DNA of 64,000 nucleotides. Origin: a virus. The notes beneath the pieces were generated by a model. The model did not search any database, was not told where the DNA came from, and saw only the letters and a list, made by a program, of their open reading frames with translations. A program made the position numbers and the translations under genes. Positions within the stretch are counted from its first letter, which is position 1; every line of letters starts with the position of its first letter. Shown here one piece after another: positions 62,136 through 64,000 of this stretch. Location of the stretch: the IMG/VR virus record IMGVR_UViG_3300032053_012801; one strand, given 5' to 3'.

Positions 62136-62926
62136 GCATTGTCCTCCTCTAGTATTTTTTTAGCAAGAAGCTTACCGTTTTCATTAATGTTATGAGGGCA
62201 ATCAGTCCATGAACACCATTTACAATTATCACTTACTACTTTCTCAAAACAATCTGCTTCTATTGCATCGAACATCTTGTCAACTTTTTTCATCACAGCG
62301 TAATAATCTTCATCTGTAACTTTCACATCAACTATTCTATTCTCTTTCTTTGACGGATGCACAAACCTCACGCAATCTTCAATCATATCAAATTGCTTAG
62401 CAAGAGCCCAACTGTAAAGTATCGCCTGCAATCTATACTTCTCTGCACTGTGTTTGCCTGTTTTCCAATCCAAAATGTAGATCTTACCATTTACTTCAAT
62501 AAGTAAATCCATGTACCCGTGAACATTAATCAAAAACCTACTATTACTATACGGTTGCTTAAATTCAAGCTCTGACCCTATAGACTCATGCATCCAATCG
62601 TTCTCTTTTGCCATAGCGACCCAGTTTTTTATCAGCGTAAAACCTGAGCCTCTTGCATATTTCAATTCTATTTTTTCAGCCTTTTGCACTTTGACTTCAA
62701 TATCAAAAAATTTCTCCCAATTTTTGAACAGATCATATACTCTAAACGTTTTTTGTTCGTAAAATGACTCTAGTAATTTATGAAATGCTTGACCAAGCAC
62801 TAATGGAGCACTTGGCACTTTAAGAGTCGGGCGCTTAAGCACTTTATCTTGCTTAAACGCCCAAGGACACGTGCAAAAGTAATTTATTGTGGATGCTGAT
62901 AAATTGAAATCAAGCTTTTTCAACAT
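62132..62926 (-). CDS. PD-(D/E)XK nuclease, Cas4/RecB-like with Fe-S Cys cluster
   Basis: N-terminal C(TCPWAF) plus C-terminal CKWCSWTDCPH (3-4 Cys). Core D..ELE..K-like catalytic residues (GYMDLLIEVNGKIYILDWKTGK). Confidence 0.6.
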   Translation of the reverse strand: MLKKLDFNLSASTINYFCTCPWAFKQDKVLKRPTLKVPSAPLVLGQAFHKLLESFYEQKTFRVYDLFKNWEKFFDIEVKVQKAEKIELKYARGSGFTLIKNWVAMAKENDWMHESIGSELEFKQPYSNSRFLINVHGYMDLLIEVNGKIYILDWKTGKHSAEKYRLQAILYSWALAKQFDMIEDCVRFVHPSKKENRIVDVKVTDEDYYAVMKKVDKMFDAIEADCFEKVVSDNCKWCSWTDCPHNINENGKLLAKKILEEDNA

Positions 62927-64000
62927 TCTTCCTTACTGAATCAGACAACCACTTTGTAGCCTTTTCATGCTTAACAGCTGTTTCACTCGCACGATAATTT
63001 GTATCCTTCTTCAAATTCTCAAGAACAGCTTCAATCTCCTTATCACTCTTGTTCAGAGTCTTAGCTCTATTAACAACAAAAGCTTCAACTTCTTCTTTAG
63101 ATGCAGTAAAGTTATTGATCATACTAACATGATCTAAAAATATCTTTACTTCAAGAGTCTTTTCAACTCGAGGTCTCTTTTGAGCATAAAATACGTCTTT
63201 ACCATTCTTATTCTTCTTCAAAAACTCATCTTCAGTCGTTCCCATACGATACAACAGTTGATGCCATTCGTTAGCAAGTTCCCATTCAATCATAGCTGTA
63301 GGTATCGGCTCAATCTTGGCCTTCAATACACACTGTGTCAAAATGTCAGACTCATAATTCTCTTCATCAATTTTAGCATGATCTACAATAAGTTTGTCAC
63401 GAATAGCTTGTCGAAATCCATCCATGGTCTTATCATCATCACTTGCAAGCTGCTCAATTGTCTTAATCTGTTTTGAACCGATTTTTGTAATCTTCACAGT
63501 GAATTCAGCGTTCTTACCTTGTAACTCTTTTGCATGATAATCATCAGGAAACTTAGTTATGACCTTACCTTCTTCATTCAACTTGAACTTGACCATTTGC
63601 TCTTCAAAACCACTAATGAATTTTGTCTCACCAACAACAAATCTAAAATTCTTAGCAGTTCCACCAGAAAACGATTTACCATCTACTTGACCTGAAAAAT
63701 CTATGATCAAAGTGTCACCATTTTTGATCACATAATTTGAATCAGTAATATTCTCAAACAAAGCTTTTGAATTTTGTATTGTCTTAATCTGATCATCAAC
63801 CATTTGTTCTGATACTACTGTGACATTTTTCACTGCACTAACTTCATTAATGTCAAACCGTTCAACTGCCGGTTTCAAATACACTGTAGCCTGAATTGTC
63901 AATGGCACATTATCCTCAAATGGACCAACGACTTCAAAATCAGATGCTTCAACAACTTCAAGCTTCAATTGTTCAAGAGCTCTTTTGTACAGCACATCAA
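62910..64000 (-). CDS. tig: trigger-factor-like protein (ribosome-associated chaperone with PPIase-domain homologue), N-terminus outside the window
   Basis: IDFSGQVDGKSFSGGTAKNFRFVVGETKFISGFEEQMVKFK and FPDDYHAKELQGKNAEFTVKITKI align with E. coli Tig [41 protein letters not shown] and [24 protein letters not shown]. The track ORF begins at 63995, but the homology implies more N-terminal sequence upstream. Confidence 0.7.
   Translation of the reverse strand, partial: DVLYKRALEQLKLEVVEASDFEVVGPFEDNVPLTIQATVYLKPAVERFDINEVSAVKNVTVVSEQMVDDQIKTIQNSKALFENITDSNYVIKNGDTLIIDFSGQVDGKSFSGGTAKNFRFVVGETKFISGFEEQMVKFKLNEEGKVITKFPDDYHAKELQGKNAEFTVKITKIGSKQIKTIEQLASDDDKTMDGFRQAIRDKLIVDHAKIDEENYESDILTQCVLKAKIEPIPTAMIEWELANEWHQLLYRMGTTEDEFLKKNKNGKDVFYAQKRPRVEKTLEVKIFLDHVSMINNFTASKEEVEAFVVNRAKTLNKSDKEIEAVLENLKKDTNYRASETAVKHEKATKWLSDSVRKNVEKA

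Noticed and set aside
1-64000. CRISPR arrays, integrase/att sites, rRNA genes
   Set aside because: I scanned for regularly spaced direct repeats of 24-48 bp and for tyrosine/serine recombinase motifs and found none. The only tandem or dispersed repeats are the 27-bp x 3 in-frame repeat at 43691-43771 and the 67-bp pair at 15.8/16.2 kb.

Overview
This window is AT-rich and densely coded, and almost all genes lie on the minus strand. It looks like an accessory region of a large (jumbo-type) bacteriophage or virus genome rather than bacterial core genome, and it is notable for four things.

(1) A large tRNA array. About 30 tRNA genes, all on the minus strand, are concentrated at 18.2-21.4 kb with further copies scattered elsewhere. 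They include a full set of five Leu isoacceptors, three CAT-anticodon tRNAs, and a tRNA-His with G-1 encoded. There is an apparent amber-suppressor tRNA (anticodon CUA) and a type II (long variable arm) tRNA with anticodon UUU. A tRNA-Leu(UAA) gene is split by a ~221-nt group I-like intron in the anticodon loop, and two further split tRNA-like loci remain unresolved.

(2) A co-located RNA repair and tRNA maintenance gene set. It comprises RtcB RNA ligase, two Rnl-type (KxDG) RNA ligase-like ORFs, a Thg1-like tRNA 5'-end repair enzyme and a PTH2-type peptidyl-tRNA hydrolase. Radical SAM proteins and several freestanding HNH and DUF559/Vsr-like homing-endonuclease-like genes are wedged between tRNAs.

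(3) The only long plus-strand operon, at 35.6-45.0 kb. It is translationally coupled and encodes a Ser/Thr-rich protein, four SAM-dependent methyltransferases (one TylF/MycF-like), a GT10-like fucosyltransferase and a DUF115/Maf-like protein. Its centrepiece is a 1128-aa fusion of a GT2 domain, a radical SAM/SPASM core, a GT4 domain, a repeat region and a C-terminal domain. This is a candidate novel glycan or glycoprotein modification system.

(4) Other notable genes. These are four tandem paralogues sharing an MKHLAxIQxEFL N-terminal module, a flotillin(SPFH)/NfeD pair, a trigger-factor homologue, PolX-PHP, NAD-dependent DNA ligase, a Cas4-like nuclease, an RNase H-like protein and a Lar-like anti-restriction protein.

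All calls are from motif recognition by eye; no searches were run.
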